DNA of 64,000 bases from Patescibacteria group bacterium. GTDB lineage: Bacteria; Patescibacteriota; Microgenomatia; UBA10105; UBA927. Location of the stretch: the NCBI GenBank assembly GCA_038062895.1, contig JBBTWJ010000005.1, positions 131,715 through 195,714 on the forward strand. The letters run 5' to 3'. Below the pieces are notes generated by a model. The model worked only from the letters and a program-made list of their open reading frames with translations, did no database searches and was not told where the DNA came from. This document shows, in pieces, positions 1 through 9,300 of the stretch (position 1 is its first letter; every line of letters begins with the position of its first letter). Made by a program: the position numbers and the translations under genes.

Positions 1-1
1 C

Positions 2-1342
2 GGAGGATTTGATGGGAAAAAAACGTACCTCATTCTTCTCCAAAACAGTATGGAACTTCGTCCCACAGGAGGATTTATCGGGAGCATAGCGACAGTAAAC
101 GTAGAGGACGGTATCTCGGAAGTGCCGGCAATCCAGGATGTCTATGCCGTGGACGGACAACTGAAGGGCCACGTGGATCCGCCCAAACCGATAGCGGAAT
201 TACTCGAGCAGGAACACTGGTATTTGCGTGACAGCAATTGGGATCCGGACTTTGCCGTGAGCGGGGAGAAAGCTGCATGGTTTTATGAGAAAGAAACGGG
301 GGTGACGGTCGATGGGGTGATTGCCGTATCCACTCCGGTTTTGACAGACCTTCTCGGGGCGTTGGGTCCTGTAGAGCTTCCTGACTACAATGATCATATA
401 TCCAAAGATAATTTTTTTGGTAAATCGCTTTTTTATACGAAAGCGGACTTTTTTCCCGGATCGACGCAAAAAAAGGATTTTTTGGGAAGCCTGGGAACCG
501 CGCTCCTGGGGCGACTCATTTCGGTCCGTGCCGAAGAGGGACAGGCCGTATTTTTGGCGATGAGCCGTGCGCTTGAAGCCGGAGATGTCCAGTTTTGGTT
601 TCCGGGCAGAAAAACACAAGCCTTAGTAGAGCAAGCGGGTTGGGCTGGGACACTCTCGGACATGGCGGCCTGTGAACAAAACGAAGTCCCCTGTACCGTC
701 AATCGCATCGCACTGGTCGAATCGAATATGGGAGTCAACAAGGTAAACGCGTATATGACGCGAACGATGAAAGCCAGGGTGGATATCGATGAGCAGGGTC
801 TCATTGACGGATCTGTGACGGTGGCATACCAGAATACATCAACGGACGATGCGGCATTATCCGGCGGGGGGATTTATCTTGCCTATCTGCGGGCATTTGT
901 TCCCGCTGAAGTGATCGTCGTTTCTGCTCTCATAGACGGTAAGGAAGTGCCGATCCGCGTCATAAAAGCCAGCAACCGTACGCTTCCATATCGTGATACC
1001 GATGAGACTGGCCGTGGACAAACGGGAGTAGCGTTAGCATTTACCGTGCCACCATTGGCAAGCCGGACCATCACGATCCGGTACCAGATGGAAAGGCCGC
1101 TCACCTTTGTGGGTGAAGAAGGAACATATCTCTCCATTCTGCGCAAGCAGCCGGGCATACCGGACACGGGAGTGGATCTGGCAATCGGATACCCGTCCGG
1201 GTGGAAGGCGGAGACGGATGAGACGGTTGGATTAAGCGCGGACAACGGCTTCCTTGCAAACGCTAAGGAAGTCCGATACAATACAACTCTCGATCAGACA
1301 AAAAAGTTTGTGGTGAAGTTTAGAAAGCAAAAGGACAGATAA
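2..1342 (+). CDS. DUF4012-domain extracytoplasmic protein (5'-truncated by window edge)
   Basis: Frame open from base 2 (GGFDGKKTYLILLQNSMELRPTGGFIG); LRDSNWDPDF and GVNKVNAY motifs typical of DUF4012 proteins. Confidence 0.8.
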   Translation, partial: GGFDGKKTYLILLQNSMELRPTGGFIGSIATVNVEDGISEVPAIQDVYAVDGQLKGHVDPPKPIAELLEQEHWYLRDSNWDPDFAVSGEKAAWFYEKETGVTVDGVIAVSTPVLTDLLGALGPVELPDYNDHISKDNFFGKSLFYTKADFFPGSTQKKDFLGSLGTALLGRLISVRAEEGQAVFLAMSRALEAGDVQFWFPGRKTQALVEQAGWAGTLSDMAACEQNEVPCTVNRIALVESNMGVNKVNAYMTRTMKARVDIDEQGLIDGSVTVAYQNTSTDDAALSGGGIYLAYLRAFVPAEVIVVSALIDGKEVPIRVIKASNRTLPYRDTDETGRGQTGVALAFTVPPLASRTITIRYQMERPLTFVGEEGTYLSILRKQPGIPDTGVDLAIGYPSGWKAETDETVGLSADNGFLANAKEVRYNTTLDQTKKFVVKFRKQKDR

Positions 1343-1405
1343 CAAATAGCAGAAAACAAAGAACAGAGAGCAGAGAAAAAACAACGGAGAATAAAATTTG
1401 AGAAT

Positions 1406-2122
1406 ATGAAAAAGCATTCATTAGCAGCTATGAAACGTGACTCCCTCGGGCGCAAGGTAAAAAAGCTGCGTGTGGCAGGGCAGCTCCCCGCAACCGTCTA
1501 CGGCAAGAAAGTTGAGAGCGCATCCGTGACCGTCGAAGCTGATGCGTTTGCAAAAACCTACGGTGAAGCGGGGGAGACCGGATTAGTTGAACTTTCCGTG
1601 GGAGGAACGGTCCGACCCGTTCTTATCCATCATGTACAGAAGCACCCCGTGAGCGGAACCATCCTCCACGTAGAATTTCATCAGGTAGATCTCAAAGAAA
1701 AAGTACATGCAAATGTTCCGATCGTGCTGGTAGGGGAGTCGCCGGTTGTGAGTGAGAAGCGCGGCGTCGTGTTGAGCATATTAGACGAGGTGGAAGTGGA
1801 AGCATTGCCAACGGAACTTGTCGAAAACATCGAGGTTGACGTGACGTTATTAAGCGAAGTAGGGCAGGAGGTAAAAGTTAAAGACTTGAACGTCCCCGCT
1901 GGACTTACGGTCTTGTCTGATGCAGAATTGACCATCGTCAAGATCGGATCCCTCATAACAAAGGAAGCAGAAGCGGAAGTCGCGGCGGAAGCTGCAAAAG
2001 CCGCAGAAGCAACTGCGGCAGTTCCGGCGGAAGGTGCCGAGGGCGCAGCAGCAACAGCTCCCGAAGGAGCAGCCCCGGCGGAAAAGCCAAAGGACGAAAA
2101 TAAAGAAGCGAAGAAAGAATAA
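1406..2122 (+). CDS. rplY: 50S ribosomal protein L25/Ctc (long form)
   Basis: KKLRVAGQLPATVYG, HPVSGTILHVEFHQV, EVEVEALPTEL; Ala/Glu-rich tail. Confidence 0.95.
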   Translation: MKKHSLAAMKRDSLGRKVKKLRVAGQLPATVYGKKVESASVTVEADAFAKTYGEAGETGLVELSVGGTVRPVLIHHVQKHPVSGTILHVEFHQVDLKEKVHANVPIVLVGESPVVSEKRGVVLSILDEVEVEALPTELVENIEVDVTLLSEVGQEVKVKDLNVPAGLTVLSDAELTIVKIGSLITKEAEAEVAAEAAKAAEATAAVPAEGAEGAAATAPEGAAPAEKPKDENKEAKKE

Positions 2123-2133
2123 CCCCGAAGTCG

Positions 2134-2721
2134 TCAGATTCCCTTCAGAAGATCAGAGAGTTTTTGTGCTGTGGGATGATTGGGATCCAGAGTCCGGGCT
2201 TGTGAGAGCCACCTTTTTGATTCATCCAGCTTCCCCAGTTGGTAGGCAAGTGAGGCAAGCGTTATGTATGCATCACGATAGTCGGGCTTGGTGATGGCAA
2301 CGGATTGCCAAAAGGCGTACTGCTTATCCCATTGGTCTCTCTCATGTTCCCATTGGGCGAGGGTGTCGGCGGGACTCGTGGTGAGACCTAAGACATTGAC
2401 CGTTCCACCTTCTCCTGCAGCGATGCGTCCGGTAGTGGAAAGCAATTGGGCGGCAACCATGAGATTGCGCGCCTGGTCCTTTTGGCCTTGCTGCCAGAGG
2501 AGAGAAGCCAAATCGATATGCCGGGATACTGATGAGGGAGTCTCAAAAAGCTTCACAAGCGGCTTCCAATGGAGCGGTGTGAGAGCTTGTTTGGCGAGCA
2601 GGTTGACGGCAAAAAGGGCAATAAGAGCTATCCATAAGAATGTCATTTCGAGGCCAAAAAAGAGTCGTGCGGGTTTTAATTGGGGAAAGTGCGGGAATAA
2701 TTTCGGTAGTGAGTAGGTCAT
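2134..2721 (-). CDS. TPR-containing membrane-anchored protein
   Basis: N-terminal TM segment; TPR-like PDYRDAYITLASLAYQLGKLDESKRWLSQARTLDPN. Confidence 0.7.
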   Translation of the reverse strand: MTYSLPKLFPHFPQLKPARLFFGLEMTFLWIALIALFAVNLLAKQALTPLHWKPLVKLFETPSSVSRHIDLASLLWQQGQKDQARNLMVAAQLLSTTGRIAAGEGGTVNVLGLTTSPADTLAQWEHERDQWDKQYAFWQSVAITKPDYRDAYITLASLAYQLGKLDESKRWLSQARTLDPNHPTAQKLSDLLKGI

Positions 2722-2772
2722 AGAGTGCGGTGCAGAACTTATAAAATAAGAATGGTATCATTGTAGATATCT

Positions 2773-3519
2773 ATGACCGTTATCACAAGGGGGGAGTCGG
2801 TACAAAAGAGGACAGAACGAGCATCACAAGTGGTTTCACTCCTAAAAATATTCTATCCGAAGGCACAGATCGTTCTTCGATACACAAATTTCTGGGAACT
2901 ATTGGTTTCTGTTATTTTATCCGCTCAATGCACGGATGTGATGGTCAATAAGGTGACAGAAAGACTGTTTAAAAAATATCCAGCCTTTGGGGATTATCTG
3001 AAGGCTGATACTAAGGAGTTTGAACAGGATATTAAATCGACCGGCTTTTATCATAATAAAGCGAAGAATATCTTAGCCGCGGCAAAGCTCATTCAAGAAA
3101 AATTTAAAGGCGAGATACCCAGGACAATGGATGAAATGCTGACGATCCCGGGGGTGGCACGGAAAACTGCCAACGTGGTGTTGGGCAATGCGTATGGAAT
3201 TGTGGAGGGGATAGCGGTCGATACCCACGTCCTTCGTTTGAGCCAACGGTTGCGGTTGGTGGACCTGGAAAAGATTGGTGGAAAAAAGAAATTGCATTTC
3301 ACAAGGCCAGGACTTGCAGACACCAATGAGTTTATTGATTATAAAAAAGACGCCGATCCGGTGAAGATTGAGACGCAACTGATGGAGGTATTGCCAAGAG
3401 AAGATTGGTTCAACACTACCTATCTCCTCATAGATCATGGCCGTGCTGTGTGCAAAGCACAGAGTCCAAACTGCAGCCACTGCGTGCTCCAAAAGTTTTG
3501 CCCCTCCTCGCGGATTTGA
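2773..3519 (+). CDS. nth: Endonuclease III (HhH-GPD, 4Fe-4S), with ~25-aa insertion
   Basis: LLVSVILSAQCTD, IPGVARKTANVVL, AVDTHV, C-x6-C-x2-C-x5-C cluster. Confidence 0.95.
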   Translation: MTVITRGESVQKRTERASQVVSLLKIFYPKAQIVLRYTNFWELLVSVILSAQCTDVMVNKVTERLFKKYPAFGDYLKADTKEFEQDIKSTGFYHNKAKNILAAAKLIQEKFKGEIPRTMDEMLTIPGVARKTANVVLGNAYGIVEGIAVDTHVLRLSQRLRLVDLEKIGGKKKLHFTRPGLADTNEFIDYKKDADPVKIETQLMEVLPREDWFNTTYLLIDHGRAVCKAQSPNCSHCVLQKFCPSSRI

Positions 3520-3580
3520 TCATCGGCACAGCGGATTGTGCTTTCCCATTGGGTGTGGTATGCTTTGGCGATTGACGAAA

Positions 3581-3727
3581 GCCAGGTAGTGAAACTTCGA
3601 TCTTGCTTTGAAAGCAAGGAAAACATACTTGGTAAAAACAGTATTGATTGATTAATAAAGGAGGATTAGGACAAAAGATTTTTTTGGAAGAAACAAAAAA
3701 ATTATCGAAGTTCTACTACCTGGTATG
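3581..3727. mobile_element. Start-codon-associated TIR element, non-coding copy 1
   Basis: Left GCCAGGTAGTGAAACTTCGAT (3581-3601) is an imperfect inverted repeat of right ATCGAAGTTCTACTACCTGGT-ATG (3704-3727); terminal ATG is the start of the next gene. Confidence 0.7.
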
Positions 3728-4411
3728 GCTACACGAAAATCTGCACAGAAAAAAACTTCAGTTAAACGAAATGTAAAAAAGAATGCATTGATGGCAGTTC
3801 CCCCCGCAGACGAAGCCCCACTCTCCGTGCCGGTAAAGCAAAAATTTAATACAAAAATCCTTTATCTCATTGTCGGGCTCCTTGCGCTGTCCGCCCTGCT
3901 TCTTGCTAATAAGAGCATGTTGGTAGCAGCGGTTGTGGATGGGCGGCCGGTGTGGAGCTGGGAACTCAACAGTGTGATGGCTGACCGCTACGGGAAACAA
4001 ACACTCGAGGGCATGATCAGCGAAAAGTTGATTGCCAGCGAAGCGAGAAAGCAGGGCGTGGTTATGAACCCCGAAGAAGTAAAGGCGCGGGAAGAAGAGA
4101 TCGTCAAAGGATTAGGGGGAGGCATGAGCCTCGAGGAAATTCTTAAGATCCAGGGACTCACCAAATCTGAATTTGACCGGCAGATTACGCTCCAGCTTAC
4201 GGTGCAAAAATTGCTTGGGAAGGATCTTGCCATCACGGATGCGGATGTGGATAATTTCATCGCGACCAACCGGGCGACGCTGGTGGCTACCGAAGAGGCG
4301 ACTCTTAAAACAGAAGCCAGACAGGCAATTCTGGATGCCTACATCGGAGAAAAGCTCCAGCCGTGGTTTAATGAGCTGAAAGAGAAAGCCAAGATACTTC
4401 GTTTTCTTTAA
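3725..4411 (+). CDS. SurA N-terminal domain / PrsA-like foldase
   Basis: TM anchor, AAVVDGRPV, QTLEGMISEKLIASEARKQGV, WFNELKEKAKI. Confidence 0.75.
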   Translation: MATRKSAQKKTSVKRNVKKNALMAVPPADEAPLSVPVKQKFNTKILYLIVGLLALSALLLANKSMLVAAVVDGRPVWSWELNSVMADRYGKQTLEGMISEKLIASEARKQGVVMNPEEVKAREEEIVKGLGGGMSLEEILKIQGLTKSEFDRQITLQLTVQKLLGKDLAITDADVDNFIATNRATLVATEEATLKTEARQAILDAYIGEKLQPWFNELKEKAKILRFL

Positions 4412-4412
4412 T

Positions 4413-4676
4413 ATGATGCCATGGTTTCTTGGGAATAGTAGTGGGATGAATTGGGACTGGTCATTGGGGTGGCAGATTAGTTTAGTTCCCCTCATGATTT
4501 GGTCTATGGCGTGGTCGGGACTCGCGCTTTGGCATGCGGCAAAGCGAGGCGAGAAATGGTGGTTTGTTCTCTTTCTCCTGGTTCACACCGTTGGAGTTTT
4601 GGAGATCTTTTACTTGGTGTTTGTCGTCAAACTTTTTGCCAACGCAAAACCTCCTCATAAAAAGAAACGGTCATAG
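4413..4676 (+). CDS. Small membrane protein (DUF5652-like)
   Basis: WSMAWSGLALWHAAKRGEKWWFVLFLLVHTVGVLEIFYL. Confidence 0.75.
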   Translation: MMPWFLGNSSGMNWDWSLGWQISLVPLMIWSMAWSGLALWHAAKRGEKWWFVLFLLVHTVGVLEIFYLVFVVKLFANAKPPHKKKRS

Positions 4677-4717
4677 ACCTGGCCCTCCGGCTTGCTGGGG
4701 GCAAGCAGAAATTATCC

Positions 4718-5764
4718 ATGAAAACCTGGCAGAAGTTAAAAGCGAACCCGGAACTTTGGGAACGGTACTTCGTCCGCGAAAAGGTCATCAAGGCGATCCG
4801 GCTATTTTTTGAAACGCAGAAGTTTCATGAAGTAGAGACACCGACCCTCATGGCTCACCCGCCTGCGGAATCGTATTTGGACGTTTTCCAAATGACGCTT
4901 CTAGACCGCAATCGAAAGGGGATCTCCGCCTACCTTTCCACGTCTCCGGAAGTAGCATTAAAAAAACTCATGACGGCTGGTTTGGGAAATTGCTACGCGC
5001 TTACCAAAAGTTTCCGCAACATGGAAACACAAGGAAATCTTCATAATCCAGAATTTACTATCCTCGAATTTTACCGTGTGGGAGCCACGTACCTTGACAT
5101 TATGAGGGACATCGAATCGCTGATGGTGTTTATCGCGCAGTCGGTACACAAGGATTCACTGGTCGTCACGTATCAAGGAACATCAATTGATCTCACGCCT
5201 CCATGGGAACGGCTATCGGTCGCCCAGGCATTTGAGAAATACGCTCATGTGGATTTCGAGAAATTTTTGGATGAGAAACAAGCGCGTGAAATTGCTAAAG
5301 AAAAAGGATATGCCGTTGAAGCGAATACAACCTGGGAACAACTCTATAACCAAATTCTTCTTAATGAAATTGAACCTTACCTGGGGCAGGGGAGGCCTAC
5401 GATTCTGTATGACTTCCCGTCTTCCATGGCGGCGTTGTCCAAGAAAAAAACGAGCGATCCGCGGTTTGCCGAGCGGTTTGAATTCTACATCGCAGGGCTC
5501 GAGCTCGGCGACTGCTATAGCGAGCTTACCGATTGGAAAGAGCAAGAAGTGAGGTTTGAGCGAGAGCTTAGCGAGCTGAGACGATTAGGTAAGACAGTTT
5601 ACGACTATGATCACGATTTTATCGAAGCTCTGAAAGTTGGACTACCGGATTGCAGCGGGATCGCCGTCGGCGTTGATCGGCTCATTATGCTCCTTAGTGA
5701 CGTCACCGATATCGCCGATACGCTTTTTTTTCCGGCCGGGGAGATGTTTACGTTTTCAACGTAG
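4718..5764 (+). CDS. epmA: EF-P lysine aminoacylase (class II LysRS catalytic-domain paralog)
   Basis: FHEVETP, YLSTSPEVALKKLM, FRNME..HNPEFTILEFY, ERFEFYIAGLEL, GLPDCSGIAVGVDRL; no anticodon-binding domain; efp nearby. Confidence 0.85.
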   Translation: MKTWQKLKANPELWERYFVREKVIKAIRLFFETQKFHEVETPTLMAHPPAESYLDVFQMTLLDRNRKGISAYLSTSPEVALKKLMTAGLGNCYALTKSFRNMETQGNLHNPEFTILEFYRVGATYLDIMRDIESLMVFIAQSVHKDSLVVTYQGTSIDLTPPWERLSVAQAFEKYAHVDFEKFLDEKQAREIAKEKGYAVEANTTWEQLYNQILLNEIEPYLGQGRPTILYDFPSSMAALSKKKTSDPRFAERFEFYIAGLELGDCYSELTDWKEQEVRFERELSELRRLGKTVYDYDHDFIEALKVGLPDCSGIAVGVDRLIMLLSDVTDIADTLFFPAGEMFTFST

Positions 5765-6947
5765 AGAGAGCGATCGTTTTTCGAAGCAACAATGCGAGGG
5801 CAAGCGGCAGGACGGGGAGGATATACAGCCAGTTTTTTGCCAGTTGAATTTCATTCCCGAACTGCAGAAAGATAAATAGTCCGATGAAACTTACGGTCCG
5901 GAATATTCCCAACACAATATCGCGTTCAAGAAGTAGGTGATATTTTTGCTGCCAACTTCCTTGGGCTTGGTCCAGCACGCCAAAGTAGACGATCGACAGT
6001 TTATTGTTAAATATCGGAACGGTGAGTCCGGAAATAATAATATACGCCCAGATCCCTAGCGGCGATTGATAAAATGCAAACACAATGATCGAGAGGGCAG
6101 ATCCAGCGACACCGATCCAATAAGCAGATGGGAACTTTGTGAGAAGCGGGATAGCATAGAGATTGGACACGATTGCAATCGTCGAAAATATCGTGAGCAC
6201 GAATCCCAGATCCGCTTCATTTTTCACTATGACGAAAAATAACACGCCCGTCACGGTGCCGAGGGCAATATCAAATAAACCCAGTACTGCATTTTGTCCC
6301 AGGATGAGTTTCCAACTGCGTGTCCGTTGATGGTCCAAGATGTGATGGTATGAAAAATCCAGTGATTCATGCGCGGGGAGTTTGCCGATGACAAAGATCG
6401 TGATGATATTGATGATGGCGACCAGAAAAAATAACAGGAGATAGCCGTTTGTAACACCGAGCGATGTTTTACCGACGGTGGTGATAATCAGTCCTCCGAT
6501 TGCCGGACCCATGGCGTTGGCAAGATTAAACACTGCCCCAGCCCACCCAAAATATGAGACCCGTCTTCCGGAATGGGCGAGAATATATTGATTGAGATTA
6601 TACGAAGCCCAAAAAAACCCACCGGAAAAACCGGAGAGAATGCCCAACGGGAAGACAAAGGCGATGCTTTGGTCTTTGAGAAAAAATAAGAGAAGATAAA
6701 ATATTGATCCGGCGACGAGACTCATTTTCATCATGGTACCGGAAGAGATATGCCGGAGTGCCCAACCGGACGCCCCATAGAAAAACGTCATGGAGGCAAA
6801 TGCCGCGATATTATAAAGCGTCGTGACCTTGAGATCTCCATGGGAAAAGAAAAAAACCGTGACGAAAATATTGGCCAGAGATCCGGCCAGGATATCTAAG
6901 CCCTGGATGAGAAGGAGCTTCCGTTCGTCGGGGGATAAATTCTTCAT
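5748..6947 (-). CDS. MFS-type transporter
   Basis: 399 aa with about 12 hydrophobic segments. Confidence 0.7.
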   Translation of the reverse strand: MKNLSPDERKLLLIQGLDILAGSLANIFVTVFFFSHGDLKVTTLYNIAAFASMTFFYGASGWALRHISSGTMMKMSLVAGSIFYLLLFFLKDQSIAFVFPLGILSGFSGGFFWASYNLNQYILAHSGRRVSYFGWAGAVFNLANAMGPAIGGLIITTVGKTSLGVTNGYLLLFFLVAIINIITIFVIGKLPAHESLDFSYHHILDHQRTRSWKLILGQNAVLGLFDIALGTVTGVLFFVIVKNEADLGFVLTIFSTIAIVSNLYAIPLLTKFPSAYWIGVAGSALSIIVFAFYQSPLGIWAYIIISGLTVPIFNNKLSIVYFGVLDQAQGSWQQKYHLLLERDIVLGIFRTVSFIGLFIFLQFGNEIQLAKNWLYILPVLPLALALLLRKTIALSTLKT

Positions 6948-6991
6948 GTTTAGTACTAGTATAGCGTACTGAGGCGCGGATCACGTGGTTC

Positions 6992-7020
6992 TTGACATAA
7001 ATCATGTCAATTGATAGAAT
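6992..7020 (+). promoter_or_regulatory. Sigma70 promoter with palindromic operator for the TA pair
   Basis: TTGACA-17-TAGAAT; inverted repeat TTGACAT-N5-ATGTCAA overlaps the -35. Confidence 0.6.
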
Positions 7021-7028
7021 TGATAGAT

Positions 7029-7295
7029 ATGAATATAACTGTAAGTGCCATGGATGCACGCAAACGATTTGGAGAAATTTTAAATAGCGCCTTCTATCGG
7101 GGGATATCGACGGTCATTGAGCGCAAAGGTAAGCCTATCGCAAAAATTGTTCCGGTTTTAGATGACCGAGTCACGCCGGGCAAATCATTGTTGGCATACG
7201 CAGGCATGTGGAAGGACGACGGGGATATCCGGGCGATGAAAAAAGCAATTGCTCATATCCGTCGTTCTCCTGCGCGCGTCGTGAAGCCATTATGA
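7029..7295 (+). CDS. Phd/YefM family antitoxin
   Basis: VSAMDARKRFGEIL...VIERKGKPIAKIVP; ATGA overlap with PIN gene. Confidence 0.85.
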   Translation: MNITVSAMDARKRFGEILNSAFYRGISTVIERKGKPIAKIVPVLDDRVTPGKSLLAYAGMWKDDGDIRAMKKAIAHIRRSPARVVKPL

Positions 7296-7690
7296 CGGTG
7301 CTTCTGGACACAAATATCCTTATCGATTTTTTTCATGATAGGCCGCGTTCGGTTGCCCTCCTCAAGTCGCTTGCGGAAAGCCAGTTTCGGATAAGCGTGT
7401 TAACCCTTATGGAGATCATGCATGGGGCATACAAGACGAAGACACCAGATCGCTACATCAGCGAATTTAAGAACTTTCTTACAGATTTTGGGGTGGAAAT
7501 TTGGTTGGTGGATGAAGAGGTTTCTCTGCGTTGCGGCGAGCTGATGGCTGCTCTGGAGAGCCGCGGAATACGATTGGGCGTGGTCGATGCGCTTTTGGCG
7601 GCAACTGCCCTCGTTCATACCTGTCCAATTGCCTCGGGTGACCGGGCGTTTCAAAAAATACCGGGACTTGAGGTATATCCAGCGACATAA
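7292..7690 (+). CDS. vapC: VapC PIN-domain toxin
   Basis: VLLDTNILID, SVLTLMEI, DALLAATAL, SGDRAF. Confidence 0.9.
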   Translation: MTVLLDTNILIDFFHDRPRSVALLKSLAESQFRISVLTLMEIMHGAYKTKTPDRYISEFKNFLTDFGVEIWLVDEEVSLRCGELMAALESRGIRLGVVDALLAATALVHTCPIASGDRAFQKIPGLEVYPAT

Positions 7691-7886
7691 TGAGCCCTCT
7701 GCGTTGCGGTTTGATTGAGTTTTTGGGATAATAGAGGCACTCCCCAGGATCGGGAGTTTTTCATAGGGATCGTCCGTAAACAACTTCCTAGGTGTTTACG
7801 GTTACGGCCCTTTGTGCCGCATCTTCAAAGAAAATAACGATAAAGATATTTTTGGATGCGGCCATTGGAGTACACTTTAGATATAT

Positions 7887-8450
7887 ATGTCAACTATTTC
7901 CACAGCAGAATTTAGAAAAGGCGGGGTTATAGAATTCAAAAGCGAGCCGCACACGATCGTCGAGTTTACCCATGTCAACCCGGGGAAGGGGAGTGCATTT
8001 GTGCGCACGCGCCTCAAATCCCTCAAGACCGGAAAAGTGCAGGACTTCACCTTCAAATCCGGAGAGAACGTCACGGAAATATCCGTTGAAACCCACGAGG
8101 CCCAGTATTTATATAAAGAAGGAGTCAGTTACGTCTTCATGGAGAACTTCACCTATGAGCAGTATCAAGTGAGCGAAAGCGTGTTGTCTGATTACCTTTC
8201 ATATATTAAACCCAACGATACGTATCAACTTTTGGTCCATGAGGAAGAGGTGTTGGGACTCCGGTTTCCCAAAAAAGTCCGGCTTCTCGTGACGCAGGCC
8301 AGCGAAGGCGCGCGCGGGGATACCGTCGCCGGAGCCGGGAAAGTGGTGACCTTGGAGACGGGTGCCACTGTCACGGTGCCACTTTTTATCAAAGAAGGGG
8401 ATACGATTGCCCTCGACACGGAGACCGGACAGTATTTGGAGAGAGCATAG
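7887..8450 (+). CDS. efp: Elongation factor P
   Basis: HVNPGKGSAFVRTRLK, LETGATVTVPLFIKEGD, DTETGQYLERA. Confidence 0.97.
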   Translation: MSTISTAEFRKGGVIEFKSEPHTIVEFTHVNPGKGSAFVRTRLKSLKTGKVQDFTFKSGENVTEISVETHEAQYLYKEGVSYVFMENFTYEQYQVSESVLSDYLSYIKPNDTYQLLVHEEEVLGLRFPKKVRLLVTQASEGARGDTVAGAGKVVTLETGATVTVPLFIKEGDTIALDTETGQYLERA

Positions 8451-8703
8451 ATTGTACGGGTCGCGCCGTTCTTGCTTCAGGAATCAGTTTTTTTGGCCGC
8501 TCGATTGACTTCTCCTATATAATAATTATTCCCCTCTCGCTAAATGAATCCCGCCAATAAAAAGTTGATCCAGATTGTATTAGCTGTACACAGCGGGATT
8601 CAGGTTGCCAAAAAAACTGTTCCTTACGCATTCGCGTTTTTTGTCGTGACGGCACTTCGAAACGACTCGCTGCCCTGCGCGTAAGGGGTGATAGAATGAG
8701 CGT

Positions 8704-9246
8704 ATGAAACGGTGGGTGAAATATGGGGTGATTTTTATTCTCGGCGGGTTGAGTGCATTGGGATACAATTTTTCTTCGGCTCCGATAAAACAAACAGTGA
8801 TTTCAGAGGGAGTGGCGACGCATTCTGCGGTCGTTGTTTCCGGAGGAGAAATAGCGGTCGTGGGTCGGGTGATTGACGGGGATACGATTGAGCTAATCGA
8901 CAAACGGAAAGTCCGGTACATCGGAGTAGATACCCCGGAAAGCGTGGATCCGAGGAGAACCGTGCAATGTTTTGGAAATGAAGCGAAGGAGGAGAACCAA
9001 AGACTCGTAGAAGGGAAGACTGTACGACTTGAGAAAGACATTTCTGACACGGATAAATATGGGAGACTCCTTCGATATGTATATCTTAGTGATGTATTCA
9101 TCAATGACTATTTAGTGCGTCAGGGCTTTGCGCGCATTGACACCGTCCCGCCGGATGTGGCGCACCGTGAACAGTTTTTCGCTTCCCAACAAGAGGCGAG
9201 GAATGAATTGCGTGGATTCTGGCAAAGCTGTGGCGCCCGCGAGTGA
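8704..9246 (+). CDS. Thermonuclease (SNase-like), membrane-anchored
   Basis: RVIDGDTI, VRYIGVDTPE, DKYGRLLRYV, NDYLVRQGFA. Confidence 0.92.
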   Translation: MKRWVKYGVIFILGGLSALGYNFSSAPIKQTVISEGVATHSAVVVSGGEIAVVGRVIDGDTIELIDKRKVRYIGVDTPESVDPRRTVQCFGNEAKEENQRLVEGKTVRLEKDISDTDKYGRLLRYVYLSDVFINDYLVRQGFARIDTVPPDVAHREQFFASQQEARNELRGFWQSCGARE

Positions 9247-9300
9247 ACCACCCTCTCTCTTGTGCTGTCGTCATTTCCTTCGTAGACTGGTGCTATACCC

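Noticed and set aside
3708-3727. GAAGTTCTACTACCYGGT-ATG as an alternative-sigma promoter motif
   Set aside because: No shared -35 element, and each occurrence has an upstream inverted partner, so it is better read as an element end.
7735-7865. Riboswitch in the efp leader
   Set aside because: Several hairpins are present but no known aptamer consensus was recognised.
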